Below are positions 1 to 9,298 of a stretch of DNA of 33,850 nt, piece by piece. The DNA is taken from the IMG/VR virus record IMGVR_UViG_3300020430_000003, positions 1 through 33,850 of that record; one strand, given 5' to 3'. The translations under genes were made by a program, and so were the position numbers. This DNA comes from a virus (lineage: Duplodnaviria; Caudoviricetes). The notes beneath the pieces are model-generated. The model made no database searches. It was given only the letters and a program-made list of their open reading frames with translations, and was not told the origin of the DNA. Position 1 is the stretch's first letter. Each line of letters opens with the position of its first letter.

Positions 1-77
1 AACAGATAACCCTCTGGGCCTGTTTGGCGTGTAGAAATACACCGGGCGTGGACGTATCCACGAAGCCAAAGGCCGGA
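1..77. repeat. 77-bp terminal direct repeat (copy 1); probable circular-assembly overlap
   Basis: Identical to 33774-33850; 77 is a common assembler k-mer length. Confidence 0.95.
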
Positions 78-136
78 CCTTCCGACAACCTAATACGGCG
101 ACAGATTTAACTGGTTCAAAATAGGAGCTATTAGAA
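1..136 (+). promoter_or_regulatory. Putative structured 5' leader RNA of the major capsid gene
   Basis: Stems 1-5/20-24 and 10-12/16-18; 24-28/65-69 enclosing hairpins 29-42 (GAAA loop) and 47-62; 70-72/89-91 and 74-77/81-84; SD AGGAG 123-127. Confidence 0.6.
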
Positions 137-988
137 ATGTCTACGAACCTTAGTCCAGCGTTCGTTCAGCTATTTGAAGCGGAAGTACACCAAGCCTATC
201 AAGGTGCGGCTGTTCTCCGTGGGGCTGCACGTACACGCACAGGTGTTGTTGGGGACACTGTAAAATTCCCAAAAGTTGGCAAGGGGTCAGCTTCAGTTCG
301 TGTTCCACAAACTGACGTTACACCTATCAACGCTAGTTTTTCACAGGTAAGCGTGAGTCTTACTGACTATGTGGCTGCTGAGTACAGTGATATCTTTAAT
401 CAGCAAAAAATTAACTTTGATGAGCGTCAAGAATTAGCGCAAGTCGTAGGTAATGCCATCGGACGTCGTGAAGACCAAATCATCATTGATGCACTAGATG
501 CAGCATCAGCGGGATCGACAGTGGCTAAAACTGTTGTGACTTCTGGTTCAGCAGCGGCATCAAACTTAAACGTTGGTAAAATTATCGCAGCGAAAAAAGC
601 TTTGGACGCGAAAAACGTACCACCAACAGATCGTCATTTTGTAATCCACGCTAATAACTTAGCTGGTTTGCTTGGTGATGAACGTGCGGTTTCTGGAGAC
701 TTCCAGACGCTGAGAGCGTTAGTAAGTGGCGAAATCAATACAATGATGGGCTTCCGCTTTCATGTTGTTGGTGATCGCGATGAAGACGGTCTACCGCTTT
801 CAACTAACGACCGTACAACTTTTGCTTTCCATCGTTCAGCACTTGGTGTTGGTGTTGGTATCGCTCCAAAAACTGAAATCAATTACATCCCTGAGAAAAC
901 GTCTTTCTTGGTTACCGCTATGCTCTCAATGGGTGCTGGCGCAATCGACACTGACGGGATCGTGGATGTGATCTGTGATGAGTCATAA
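137..988 (+). CDS. Major capsid protein
   Basis: 283 aa; N-terminal FVQLFEAEVHQAYQ, VKFPKVGK, and C-terminal FLVTAMLSMGAGAID..GIV are typical of podoviral HK97-fold capsids; follows scaffold gene on the circle; good SD. Confidence 0.92.
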   Translation: MSTNLSPAFVQLFEAEVHQAYQGAAVLRGAARTRTGVVGDTVKFPKVGKGSASVRVPQTDVTPINASFSQVSVSLTDYVAAEYSDIFNQQKINFDERQELAQVVGNAIGRREDQIIIDALDAASAGSTVAKTVVTSGSAAASNLNVGKIIAAKKALDAKNVPPTDRHFVIHANNLAGLLGDERAVSGDFQTLRALVSGEINTMMGFRFHVVGDRDEDGLPLSTNDRTTFAFHRSALGVGVGIAPKTEINYIPEKTSFLVTAMLSMGAGAIDTDGIVDVICDES

Positions 989-1000
989 GGAGAGATAATC

Positions 1001-1276
1001 ATGGCATATGCAGTAACAGGTCTAAACCCTATCGGTGGGCAGTCTAAAAAAGGCAGCAACTCCGCTATGTGGTCTTACACATCAGCCGATGCTATCGCCA
1101 CTGTGAATACAGAGGGATACTTCAACGATGCGTCTGACATTCTAGCGGTTGGTGATGTGATTTTTGTTTACGACAATAACACACCTACCATGTCGATTGT
1201 TATGGTTGCTAGCAACGCATCAGGTGTTGTTGACGTAACTGACGGCACAACGGTTGCAATGACCGACTCAGACTAA
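1001..1276 (+). CDS. Small virion protein, probable capsid decoration/cement protein
   Basis: 91 aa directly after MCP with SD AAGGAG; D..ATV...GYFN motif; beta-rich. Confidence 0.6.
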   Translation: MAYAVTGLNPIGGQSKKGSNSAMWSYTSADAIATVNTEGYFNDASDILAVGDVIFVYDNNTPTMSIVMVASNASGVVDVTDGTTVAMTDSD

Positions 1277-1283
1277 TTTGGTT

Positions 1284-1308
1284 GGGGGCGGTTGCGCCCC
1301 CTTCCCTT
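1284..1308 (+). terminator. GC-rich hairpin, probable leaky terminator after capsid genes
   Basis: GGGGGCG-GTTG-CGCCCCC followed by a weak pyrimidine tract (TTCCCTT); position analogous to T7 T-phi. Confidence 0.55.
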
Positions 1309-1324
1309 ACTCAAGGAGACACTT

Positions 1325-1957
1325 ATGGCCTCTGGCGATACTAATGTAGGTATATGCAATAAAGCCCTTATATTCCTTGGGGCTAATACTATTTCTAGCT
1401 TTTCTGACGGTTCTGCGGCAGCGACTGCTTGTAACGCGATATACGACGAAGTAAAGCTTTCGACCCTAGCTCTATACGCTTGGTCTTTTACGATAGCCAA
1501 ATCCACATTAACGCGACAAGTTACCACGCCCGTTTCTGAGTGGACGTATCAGTTTACCTTACCCTCTGACATGCTCACGGGTGTACCTAGAGCGGTACGA
1601 GCTAGTACTACGGCGGGTTCTCCTCTCATAACAAATTGGGAGATCGGTCAGTCTAGCACGGGTGGCGCAGTTTTATTTTCAGACGAAACATCCATCACAA
1701 TAGATTATCAAAAGTCTATCGGTGAAGGTAATATGCCGACGTACTTTGTTACCCTCTTAGCTTATCAGTTAGCGTGGCATTTAGCTGAAACAATTACAGA
1801 TCAGTCTGGCAAAATGCAGCAATGGAAAACTGAAGCGTTAGGTCTGCCGTCTGAAGGTGGGCGCGGCGGTTATTTTAGGCAAGCTGTAAACATAGATAGT
1901 GCGGGACAAACGCCGCAAGTGATTAGTGACTATATGCTGACGGAGCTTCGTGGTTGA
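1325..1957 (+). CDS. Tail tubular protein A / head-tail adaptor (T7 gp11-like)
   Basis: ICNKALIFLGA..I.SF and W.F motifs; start moved to ATG 1325 behind SD AAGGAG; synteny. Confidence 0.85.
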   Translation: MASGDTNVGICNKALIFLGANTISSFSDGSAAATACNAIYDEVKLSTLALYAWSFTIAKSTLTRQVTTPVSEWTYQFTLPSDMLTGVPRAVRASTTAGSPLITNWEIGQSSTGGAVLFSDETSITIDYQKSIGEGNMPTYFVTLLAYQLAWHLAETITDQSGKMQQWKTEALGLPSEGGRGGYFRQAVNIDSAGQTPQVISDYMLTELRG

Positions 1958-4020
1958 GCCGAATACAAGCATATCAGGCTAGCTTTACTGGCGGGGAAAT
2001 GGACCCGCTACTGCGTGGTCGTACTGACTTGCAGCAGTATTACGCGGGTGTATCCCGAGCCGATAATGTTTTGTTTGAACCGCAAGGTGGTTTTTCTCGA
2101 CGTCCGGGTCTGAGGTTTTTATTAGACATAACGGCTGACAATCCGAACAATGGTGTTTTGCTTATACCTTTTGAGTTTAGCACGACGCAAAACTTTATGA
2201 TTGTTGCTAGTGTTTACGCAGCGACAACTTTACGTCTTCGTTTCTTTGCAAACCAAGTATTGCTTACAGATATCAACGGCTCGGGTAATAGTTACTTAGA
2301 TGTAAATGTGGGTACGTTGTTTAGTGTATCAACAATAGATATGAACAAAACGTATTACACCCAATCAGCAGACACTTTGATTGTTGTAAACGAAAACTTT
2401 CAACCGTTTAAGTTGGTTCGTGGCGCAAGCAATACGACTTGGACAGCAACGACGTTAAGCATTACATCTCCTAAAACAGCGTTTACTATTTCAACGTCTA
2501 ACCCGGCTGGAACTATTACGGCGTCTGCGGTGACTGGTGCAATAACGATTACGGCTAGTTCAAGTGTGTTTACCTCTTCACACGTTGATCAATATATCAA
2601 TGTTGTTAATGGTTTTGGTCGAGCTAGAATAACTAAACAAAATTCTGGAACAGTAGTTGAGGCTGTAACAGAAGTACCTTTTTTTAGTACGAGTGCCGTA
2701 GCAAATGGCGATTGGGAGCTAGAAGAAGGATACGAGGACTCGTTTAGTTCTACACGTGGTTATGCTAGAACGTGTACCTTTCACGAGGGGCGATTGTACT
2801 TTGGCGGTTCAGCTTCTGAGCCTTCTACTTTGTTTGCTTCAAAGGTTGCCGACTTTTTTAATTTTAAATCCGCAGAGGGTTTAGATGATGATGCGATAAA
2901 AGCTACGCTTACAACGGATAGTGTAAACGCGATAACGGCTCTACGTTCGGGTCGTGATTTGCAAATCTTTACGTCTGGTGCGGAGTTTTTCATTCCGCAA
3001 GCTGATCTAGATCCAATCACACCAGCTAACATTACAATCAAATCAGCAACACGGCGTGGCTCTAAGTTTGGTATTAGACCACAAGCTGCGGAAGGTGGTA
3101 CGTTATTTATTCAGCGTCAGGGTAAAGCTCTACGTGAAATGCTATTTAGTGATGTAGAACTTAGCTACGTGGCTAACAATGTGTCGTTGCTTAACTCGCA
3201 TCTACTCTTAGATCCGCAGCGTATGGCTCTCAGAAACGCCACAGACACCACCGAAGGTGACTTGCTAATGATCGTCAACGGAGATGACACTACGGGTTAC
3301 AGAGCGGCGTCTATAGGCTTACAAGGAACTATCACGGCTTATATGCTTAATAGGCCGCAACAGATTGTTGCCCCGGCTGTTTGGACAACTGATGGTAGTT
3401 TTGTAGATATAGGTGTGGATTTAGACACAATCTATACTGTTGTTAAGAGAACCATAAACAGCGCAACAAAATATTATGTAGAAGTATTTGACGATGACAG
3501 AACTACCGACGCATCACTTCAATACTTTTCTGGGGCAGTAAGCCCTGACCAATCTTTGCCGGGTTCTGCTACCGCTAGCAGTCTTTCGCACCTAGAAGCT
3601 AAGACTGTAAAAATTATACGGGACGATATTGTTGATACAGATCAAACGGTTAGCTCGGGAAGTGTAACCATTGGTGGTGTTCCAACTTCTTATGTAGAGG
3701 TAGGATTGAACTATACGGTGACAGTAGTAACGCAACCCGTAGAGTTAAGGCTACCTTCTGGATCTATGCAATCAACAAAGCGTCGTGTCGTTGAAGCTAC
3801 GCCTATTATGTATCAAACACAGAACTTAACCATCAACGGTCAAGAAGTTCCAACACAAACGGGTGTATCTGGCTCTGGTGGGTTGCAAGCCTACACCGGG
3901 TTAAAAACTCTAGAGGGATTTACTGGGTATGGTTCTGATGCACAGATTACGGTTTCACAAAGCCAACCCGTTTTTATGACAGTTTTAAGTTTAGATTATA
4001 AAGTGAGTACAGGACAATGA
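1954..4020 (+). CDS. Tail tubular protein B / nozzle (T7 gp12-like)
   Basis: 688 aa; SFTGGEMDPLL.GR.DL..Y, GG..RRPG and FHEGRLYFGG motifs; TTG start overlapping the upstream stop. Confidence 0.88.
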   Translation: MSRIQAYQASFTGGEMDPLLRGRTDLQQYYAGVSRADNVLFEPQGGFSRRPGLRFLLDITADNPNNGVLLIPFEFSTTQNFMIVASVYAATTLRLRFFANQVLLTDINGSGNSYLDVNVGTLFSVSTIDMNKTYYTQSADTLIVVNENFQPFKLVRGASNTTWTATTLSITSPKTAFTISTSNPAGTITASAVTGAITITASSSVFTSSHVDQYINVVNGFGRARITKQNSGTVVEAVTEVPFFSTSAVANGDWELEEGYEDSFSSTRGYARTCTFHEGRLYFGGSASEPSTLFASKVADFFNFKSAEGLDDDAIKATLTTDSVNAITALRSGRDLQIFTSGAEFFIPQADLDPITPANITIKSATRRGSKFGIRPQAAEGGTLFIQRQGKALREMLFSDVELSYVANNVSLLNSHLLLDPQRMALRNATDTTEGDLLMIVNGDDTTGYRAASIGLQGTITAYMLNRPQQIVAPAVWTTDGSFVDIGVDLDTIYTVVKRTINSATKYYVEVFDDDRTTDASLQYFSGAVSPDQSLPGSATASSLSHLEAKTVKIIRDDIVDTDQTVSSGSVTIGGVPTSYVEVGLNYTVTVVTQPVELRLPSGSMQSTKRRVVEATPIMYQTQNLTINGQEVPTQTGVSGSGGLQAYTGLKTLEGFTGYGSDAQITVSQSQPVFMTVLSLDYKVSTGQ

Positions 4021-4484
4021 GCGCACCATTATTTCAATTAGCTGGAGCAGCACTAAGCGGCATAGCGCAAATACGACAAGCTCAAGCACAGCAAGTTCAA
4101 TACGAAATGCAAGCGAGAAACGAAGTGATTAAGGCTCGTACTGATGCGGTTAATTTTAAAAAAGAGGGCAATGAGCGTATGCGGGAATTGCTTGTGGCAA
4201 TGTCTAGCTCAGTAGCCCGAGGTGCGGCTGGGAACTTAGATCCATACGCTGCTGGGGAAACCAAAGATTTAATAAATACTAACTCAATGAAGATGGCGGG
4301 AATGGACTTAAATACTCTTAATCTCAATGCAGAAAGTGCAATTTTACGCGGTCAATCCAATGCACAACAAGCTAGAATGGCTGGGGATGCTGCGGTGCGA
4401 TATGCTAAAGTTGCAGCTTTTGCCAACTTTGCAACAACAGCCGGTGACGTCATGGCAACGGGCGCACCTATAATGCCGCAGTAA
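4017..4484 (+). CDS. Internal virion (ejection) protein, gp14-like
   Basis: 155 aa, Ala/Gln-rich helical; position after nozzle gene. Confidence 0.65.
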   Translation: MSAPLFQLAGAALSGIAQIRQAQAQQVQYEMQARNEVIKARTDAVNFKKEGNERMRELLVAMSSSVARGAAGNLDPYAAGETKDLINTNSMKMAGMDLNTLNLNAESAILRGQSNAQQARMAGDAAVRYAKVAAFANFATTAGDVMATGAPIMPQ

Positions 4485-4486
4485 AA

Positions 4487-6274
4487 ATGGCAGAGAGTGT
4501 ACGATATCAAGGACGCCGGGTAGCACTTAGAATACCTGATGCACAAGCGTTTGAGGCTCAAGCGATAGAGCGTGGCATGGGTCAGCTTCAGCAGTCCCTA
4601 AACCGTATGACTAGCTTCTTTGCAGAACAAAGCCGAGTACAAGCAAAAGTACAAGGTGAAGAGTTTGGAGCAGCTAACGCTCCTACTATGGAACAAATTT
4701 TATCAGCTAGGCAAACAGGTGAAGAGCTTAAATTACCCGGTGATCAAAATACTTTGTTTGGTCGAGCGGCACGACAAGCGGCGGCAACGGTTGTTGCTTC
4801 TGAGCTAGAGTTAGCGGCGCACAAAGAAATGAACGCTACTATATTGGATTTTGAAAACAGAGAAGCTAACCCGGCTGGGCTACAAGATAAACTAGATGCA
4901 ATTATTTTAGGTTACTCGTCAACTTTTGATGAAAGTGTTCCCTCTATGGCGAGAAGCATGAAAGCTAAGTTAGCTCTTAATGCTCAAACTAAATATGCCA
5001 ATTATCACAGTGCATACATTACAAACCAAAAAGAAAAATCTAAGGCAGCATGGATAGCTAACAGTAGCCTTGAGTTTGATAACTTCCCTAACCTTTTTAA
5101 AGTAGGAATTGTAGAAAAAGACGAAAAAGGTAATGAGGTTACAAGACCAGTAAACCCTAAAGATATAGCCCTATTTAAGTTTAATAAATTAAACGAAATG
5201 AAAAACTTAGGTTTTTCTGATAGTGATATTAATACTTGGGGTAAGGCATATGACTCTCAAATATTAGCAACAGCTAGTGTTTCTTTGTCAGACACTGTTT
5301 TAAAAAGGGCAGATGCACATAAGATCATAAGAAGAATACAATCTAGTGATATTAAAGGATTGCCCGATAATATAGCAGTTCCAATAGCAATTATGCAAAA
5401 CGGTGATATTTCTCTTAATGATATAGCTAGACAGTTACGCACAGGTCTTTCAGAACAAATAAATTTTGAAAATGCTTTAGAAGAAAACAACAACAAAAAT
5501 ACTGAAAATAATGAAGAAGTCTTTATAAGTCGTATTAAGAGAGCGATGATCGTTGGTAATACAGAAGAATTCAAAACGGCTCTAGGATTGCTTAGACGAA
5601 CCAATGATGAAAAAGCTGATGAGCTAGAAAAAGAATTTATATCTGCTGGTATGCGCCGAACTGAAAGTGACCCTGAAGCTGAAAATTACCTTATTGATTT
5701 AGGGGATATGCTTACTATTGAAAACGTTGCTTCTGTTAGAGATCAGTTAAGCAATGAAGACCGTGTAAAATATACTAATAGGGCTGACACATTACAAGAT
5801 GAAGAAACTAAAACAGCCGTTACAATTATGCGCGGTCGTTTCGAATTACCTGAAGGTTATAAGCCCGTATCAGATCAAGATCCAAACTTTAAAAAAGCTA
5901 TGCTGTTTAACAAATTAATCGGTCGTTTAAATGAAAAAATAGAAACAGCAAAAAGACAAGGTAAAGATATAGACGCTATAGCTGAAGTAGATTTGCTTAT
6001 TGCTAATGTTAATGAAGAGTTTGACGAAGCATTTAATGCAATGCAAAAAGAAGCTGGCCTCAATGTACTCAAGCCATATAAGCTTTACACTGATGCAGAC
6101 TTATCCACATTGCAAAGTGGTTTAACTTATTTAGAGCAGCTAAGAAGTGATGTTCTCAGTCAAGGTGTAAGCGCATATCCAACCCAGTTGCGTAGAGGTC
6201 TGAAAAAAGTACCTGAAGTTATCAAGTTAATAGATACACATATTAACGGTATTAAGAAAGCATTAGGGCAATGA
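4487..6274 (+). CDS. Internal virion (ejection) protein, gp15-like
   Basis: 595 aa, helical; synteny with T7-like core proteins. Confidence 0.6.
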   Translation: MAESVRYQGRRVALRIPDAQAFEAQAIERGMGQLQQSLNRMTSFFAEQSRVQAKVQGEEFGAANAPTMEQILSARQTGEELKLPGDQNTLFGRAARQAAATVVASELELAAHKEMNATILDFENREANPAGLQDKLDAIILGYSSTFDESVPSMARSMKAKLALNAQTKYANYHSAYITNQKEKSKAAWIANSSLEFDNFPNLFKVGIVEKDEKGNEVTRPVNPKDIALFKFNKLNEMKNLGFSDSDINTWGKAYDSQILATASVSLSDTVLKRADAHKIIRRIQSSDIKGLPDNIAVPIAIMQNGDISLNDIARQLRTGLSEQINFENALEENNNKNTENNEEVFISRIKRAMIVGNTEEFKTALGLLRRTNDEKADELEKEFISAGMRRTESDPEAENYLIDLGDMLTIENVASVRDQLSNEDRVKYTNRADTLQDEETKTAVTIMRGRFELPEGYKPVSDQDPNFKKAMLFNKLIGRLNEKIETAKRQGKDIDAIAEVDLLIANVNEEFDEAFNAMQKEAGLNVLKPYKLYTDADLSTLQSGLTYLEQLRSDVLSQGVSAYPTQLRRGLKKVPEVIKLIDTHINGIKKALGQ

Positions 6275-9144
6275 ATTTATTAGAAGCTAGAAGACAGTCA
6301 CACCAAACACGAAACGCTATAACTTATGATATTCGTTTTAGTGATGATGGTGTTGTTGTAGAGCCTGACAATACTTTTGCTAACATGATGGGCGGTATGA
6401 CTGCACCTGAACAAACTGGTGAAGACTTGTTTGGTTTCACAGGGTCTGACGTTGTGGATACAGCTAAAGCGGCGGGTCGTGCGGTTGCCGGGGGCGTACA
6501 AGATACGGTAACAGGTGTAGTCGGTCTAGCCGATGATATAGGTACGGCTATTGACAATAAGATAGGTGGCCTTGGTTACATTACTATGGGGCCGGATGGC
6601 TTAGAGTATACACGCGAAAAGGTAGAGGGTGCGCCTAGATTAGATGAATTGTTTGACGCTGGGCTTGAGGAGCTTGGTGTAAAGGTTCCTCAAGGAGATA
6701 GCCCGGTTGAGGCTATGGCTAGAAGCCTAGTTCAGTTTGGTGCGGGTATGGTTGCCGCTCCTATTCGCGGTGCTGGATACGTCAACACAATGTTGCGTGG
6801 TGGTTTTGCTGACGCACTGTTTGACCCAGAAGAAGGTAACCTTTCTACGTTTCTAAAAGAATTTGGCTTAGAGGGTGCGGTTCTAGATTTCTTAGATAGT
6901 AAAGTTGATGACGAAGCTACAGCTATTGAAAGACTTGGTGGTAGACTTACCGCCGCAACAGAAGGTCTTTTAACTGGTGGATTATTAGACGTTGTTCTTC
7001 AAGGCTTTAAAGCTGTGCGTTCTGACGAAGGTGCGGTTGAAATCATTCGTAACAAACTGGCAACTGTTAAGGATAGACTGACGCAGCCGGGTGATATGCC
7101 TACGGTTGGTAGTCTTGGTGGAAACATAGGCGTTGGTGGTTACAAGCCTAAGTTAAACAAAAACGAAATAAACTTTTTAAAAAGTTCGGCAACTAAAAAT
7201 GGTGAATTAGACTCAGAAGCTTTTGAAGAAGCAAAAACGGAAGCGTTGCGAATAAAAGCTAATTACCCACCGGGCGAAGGTTGGGCTAATATTTCTATAG
7301 CCCCAAATGATAGAACTCCTTCTTTTACTAAAGATAAGCAGGGCAACATTAAAACAAAATTTGCACAGCCTTCTTATGAATTTAACAAACCGAAAAATGC
7401 TAGAGTAAAACCAGAAACGCATCAAAGCAATATGGTTTCGAAGATGGTTACTGACATAGAAGACTTAGTAACCAGAGCTAAGAATGGCGACCAAAAAGCT
7501 AAAGAAATTATTGAGCAAGCAAACTGGTATCGAAATATGCGAACACGTTTGCGTAAAGAGTTTGGCGGTTTAGGTGATGTGTTTGCTGACTTGCTGGGTG
7601 CTACATCTGCCCAAACTGGTGTACAGCAAAACTACGAAAATTCACTGCAAATTTTAAGACGGTTTACTAGAGGTGAGTTTGATAAAGAAATTAAAGCTTA
7701 TGAGGCATATGTTCAGGGTGGTGGTAAAAAAGGCCCGGCAATATTTAGACTTGATGCTGATACTGCGAATGAATTTCAGCTTATAAGAAAAGCATCTGGT
7801 GAAATGTTCGGTGCAAACAGCCCGGCTGCTACTGAGGCTTTGCTAGATATGTTTAGGCAAATTAAAGTTGGTTCTTCTCCTAAAACTGTAAACTTCACTG
7901 GCAATCTTATTGGGTATGGTAACGACGCTACTATTGACGTTTGGGCCGCACGGTATTTAAGAAAAATTTCTGGTCGTGATAGAATACCGCCACCCGCTGA
8001 ACCCGGCGTAACTGGTAAGCATTTGACGGGTAGTACGCTTGATAACCCTAGAATTGGTCAAGAGTTTGCATTCGGTCAAACTGTATTTAAAGACGCTGTT
8101 AATAAAATAAACGCTGACGGTACTATAAAAAGTTTTGATGCGTCATTAGGTGATATGGGGCCAGATGACTTACAAGCTGTAGTGTGGTTTTTAGAAAAAG
8201 AACAATGGACGAATAATGGCTGGACTTCAAAAGTTGGCGAAGGTGGTTCATTAGACTTTGAAAGCAAATTTGGCGGCTCACCAGATAGAGAGCGTGCGGC
8301 AGAGTTAAGAAGTATTATAAATAGAAAAGGAAGTACTCCAGAGCAAATAGCACAGGCTGAACAAGAGCTAGCAACGTTAGAAGGCGAAGCTCAACGTTTT
8401 GTTGCGGGCGTATCTAGGGAGAGACCTGACCAAGTTCCTACCAATGTAGAGCAAGCAGAACTAGCTAGCGAACTTACTGCCCCGCTTAATGATGATAAAA
8501 CTGTCATAGGCTATCAAGCTAATAACGCTTTTGGTGAGTTCATGGGAGAAAAAGAAAGGTCTTTAAATTTTGAAATTGTTACACAAACTGATTTTGACCC
8601 TACAGAATTAACTAATGCGTTAGTTGAGGCCGGGCGAAAGTATGACCAAGATGCTGTGTTTTTATCTAAGGTGGTAGACGATACGGCGGAAAACGCTCGA
8701 CCCGGTGTAGAGGTTTATTTTAAGCGACGAGAAACAGAAGATTATGTTCGTCAATTAACAGCCATTCTTAGGGAAAAAGGTTTAGACGGTTTTACAGCCA
8801 TTACAGATAGCAGACAGTCTGACCGTGTAGATGTTCAGGCAAGCACTGATGAAGCTACAGCCGGTCTCACTGGCATAAGGTTTCAGTACATCCCAGAGTT
8901 TGACGATGCGTTTGATGAGGCAAATGCTAAACAAATTTTTGCTGAAAAAGAAGCTTTGTATGAAGACGTTATGAGGGAACTTGGAAAAATTGATGGTATT
9001 ACCTACGCAGATGTAGTATACTATGATACGCAAGTTTTTAAGAATACTGACCGTTCTGGTACTGAATGGATAAATGGAGGCGTCGGATATGGCGAACACC
9101 TTGGAACAGCGGCTACAAAGACAGCTAGCGCAGGGGGCAACTGA
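6271..9144 (+). CDS. Large internal virion protein with C-terminal cargo domains (polyvalent-protein-like)
   Basis: 957 aa; Gly/Ala-rich N-terminal ~290 aa followed by globular enzyme-like regions (WY..., LLGATSAQ, TIDVWAAR, LQAVVW; GEFMGEKERS...KYDQDAV). Confidence 0.6.
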   Translation: MNLLEARRQSHQTRNAITYDIRFSDDGVVVEPDNTFANMMGGMTAPEQTGEDLFGFTGSDVVDTAKAAGRAVAGGVQDTVTGVVGLADDIGTAIDNKIGGLGYITMGPDGLEYTREKVEGAPRLDELFDAGLEELGVKVPQGDSPVEAMARSLVQFGAGMVAAPIRGAGYVNTMLRGGFADALFDPEEGNLSTFLKEFGLEGAVLDFLDSKVDDEATAIERLGGRLTAATEGLLTGGLLDVVLQGFKAVRSDEGAVEIIRNKLATVKDRLTQPGDMPTVGSLGGNIGVGGYKPKLNKNEINFLKSSATKNGELDSEAFEEAKTEALRIKANYPPGEGWANISIAPNDRTPSFTKDKQGNIKTKFAQPSYEFNKPKNARVKPETHQSNMVSKMVTDIEDLVTRAKNGDQKAKEIIEQANWYRNMRTRLRKEFGGLGDVFADLLGATSAQTGVQQNYENSLQILRRFTRGEFDKEIKAYEAYVQGGGKKGPAIFRLDADTANEFQLIRKASGEMFGANSPAATEALLDMFRQIKVGSSPKTVNFTGNLIGYGNDATIDVWAARYLRKISGRDRIPPPAEPGVTGKHLTGSTLDNPRIGQEFAFGQTVFKDAVNKINADGTIKSFDASLGDMGPDDLQAVVWFLEKEQWTNNGWTSKVGEGGSLDFESKFGGSPDRERAAELRSIINRKGSTPEQIAQAEQELATLEGEAQRFVAGVSRERPDQVPTNVEQAELASELTAPLNDDKTVIGYQANNAFGEFMGEKERSLNFEIVTQTDFDPTELTNALVEAGRKYDQDAVFLSKVVDDTAENARPGVEVYFKRRETEDYVRQLTAILREKGLDGFTAITDSRQSDRVDVQASTDEATAGLTGIRFQYIPEFDDAFDEANAKQIFAEKEALYEDVMRELGKIDGITYADVVYYDTQVFKNTDRSGTEWINGGVGYGEHLGTAATKTASAGGN

Positions 9145-9265
9145 TGATGATTTTGTCGTTAAACAGTTGCGCCGACAAATTGCCGCTAAAAAAAGTGGGC
9201 AGACTTCAAAACAGTTATACGTCACGGGTTCAGTTAAAAAACAAGAAGGCAGCATGGCTCAATAG
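9089..9265 (+). CDS. Small hypothetical protein overlapping the end of the cargo-bearing gene
   Basis: 58 aa from ATG 9089 with strong SD GGAGG at 9076-9080. Confidence 0.6.
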   Translation: MANTLEQRLQRQLAQGATDDDFVVKQLRRQIAAKKSGQTSKQLYVTGSVKKQEGSMAQ

Positions 9266-9298
9266 TTTTACCGTTGCCTCTAATAAAGGGGGCGTCTT

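Noticed and set aside
1-136. tRNA or known ribozyme/riboswitch
   Set aside because: No T-loop or anticodon architecture and no catalytic or aptamer consensus I can recognise
6101-6109. Second perfect DnaA box (TTATCCACA)
   Set aside because: Isolated, inside a structural gene, with no iterons nearby; plausibly chance
9263-9298. Stop-codon readthrough joining the small ORF to the in-frame 9299 ORF
   Set aside because: TAG is followed by two further in-frame TAA codons, and 9299 has its own purine-rich SD
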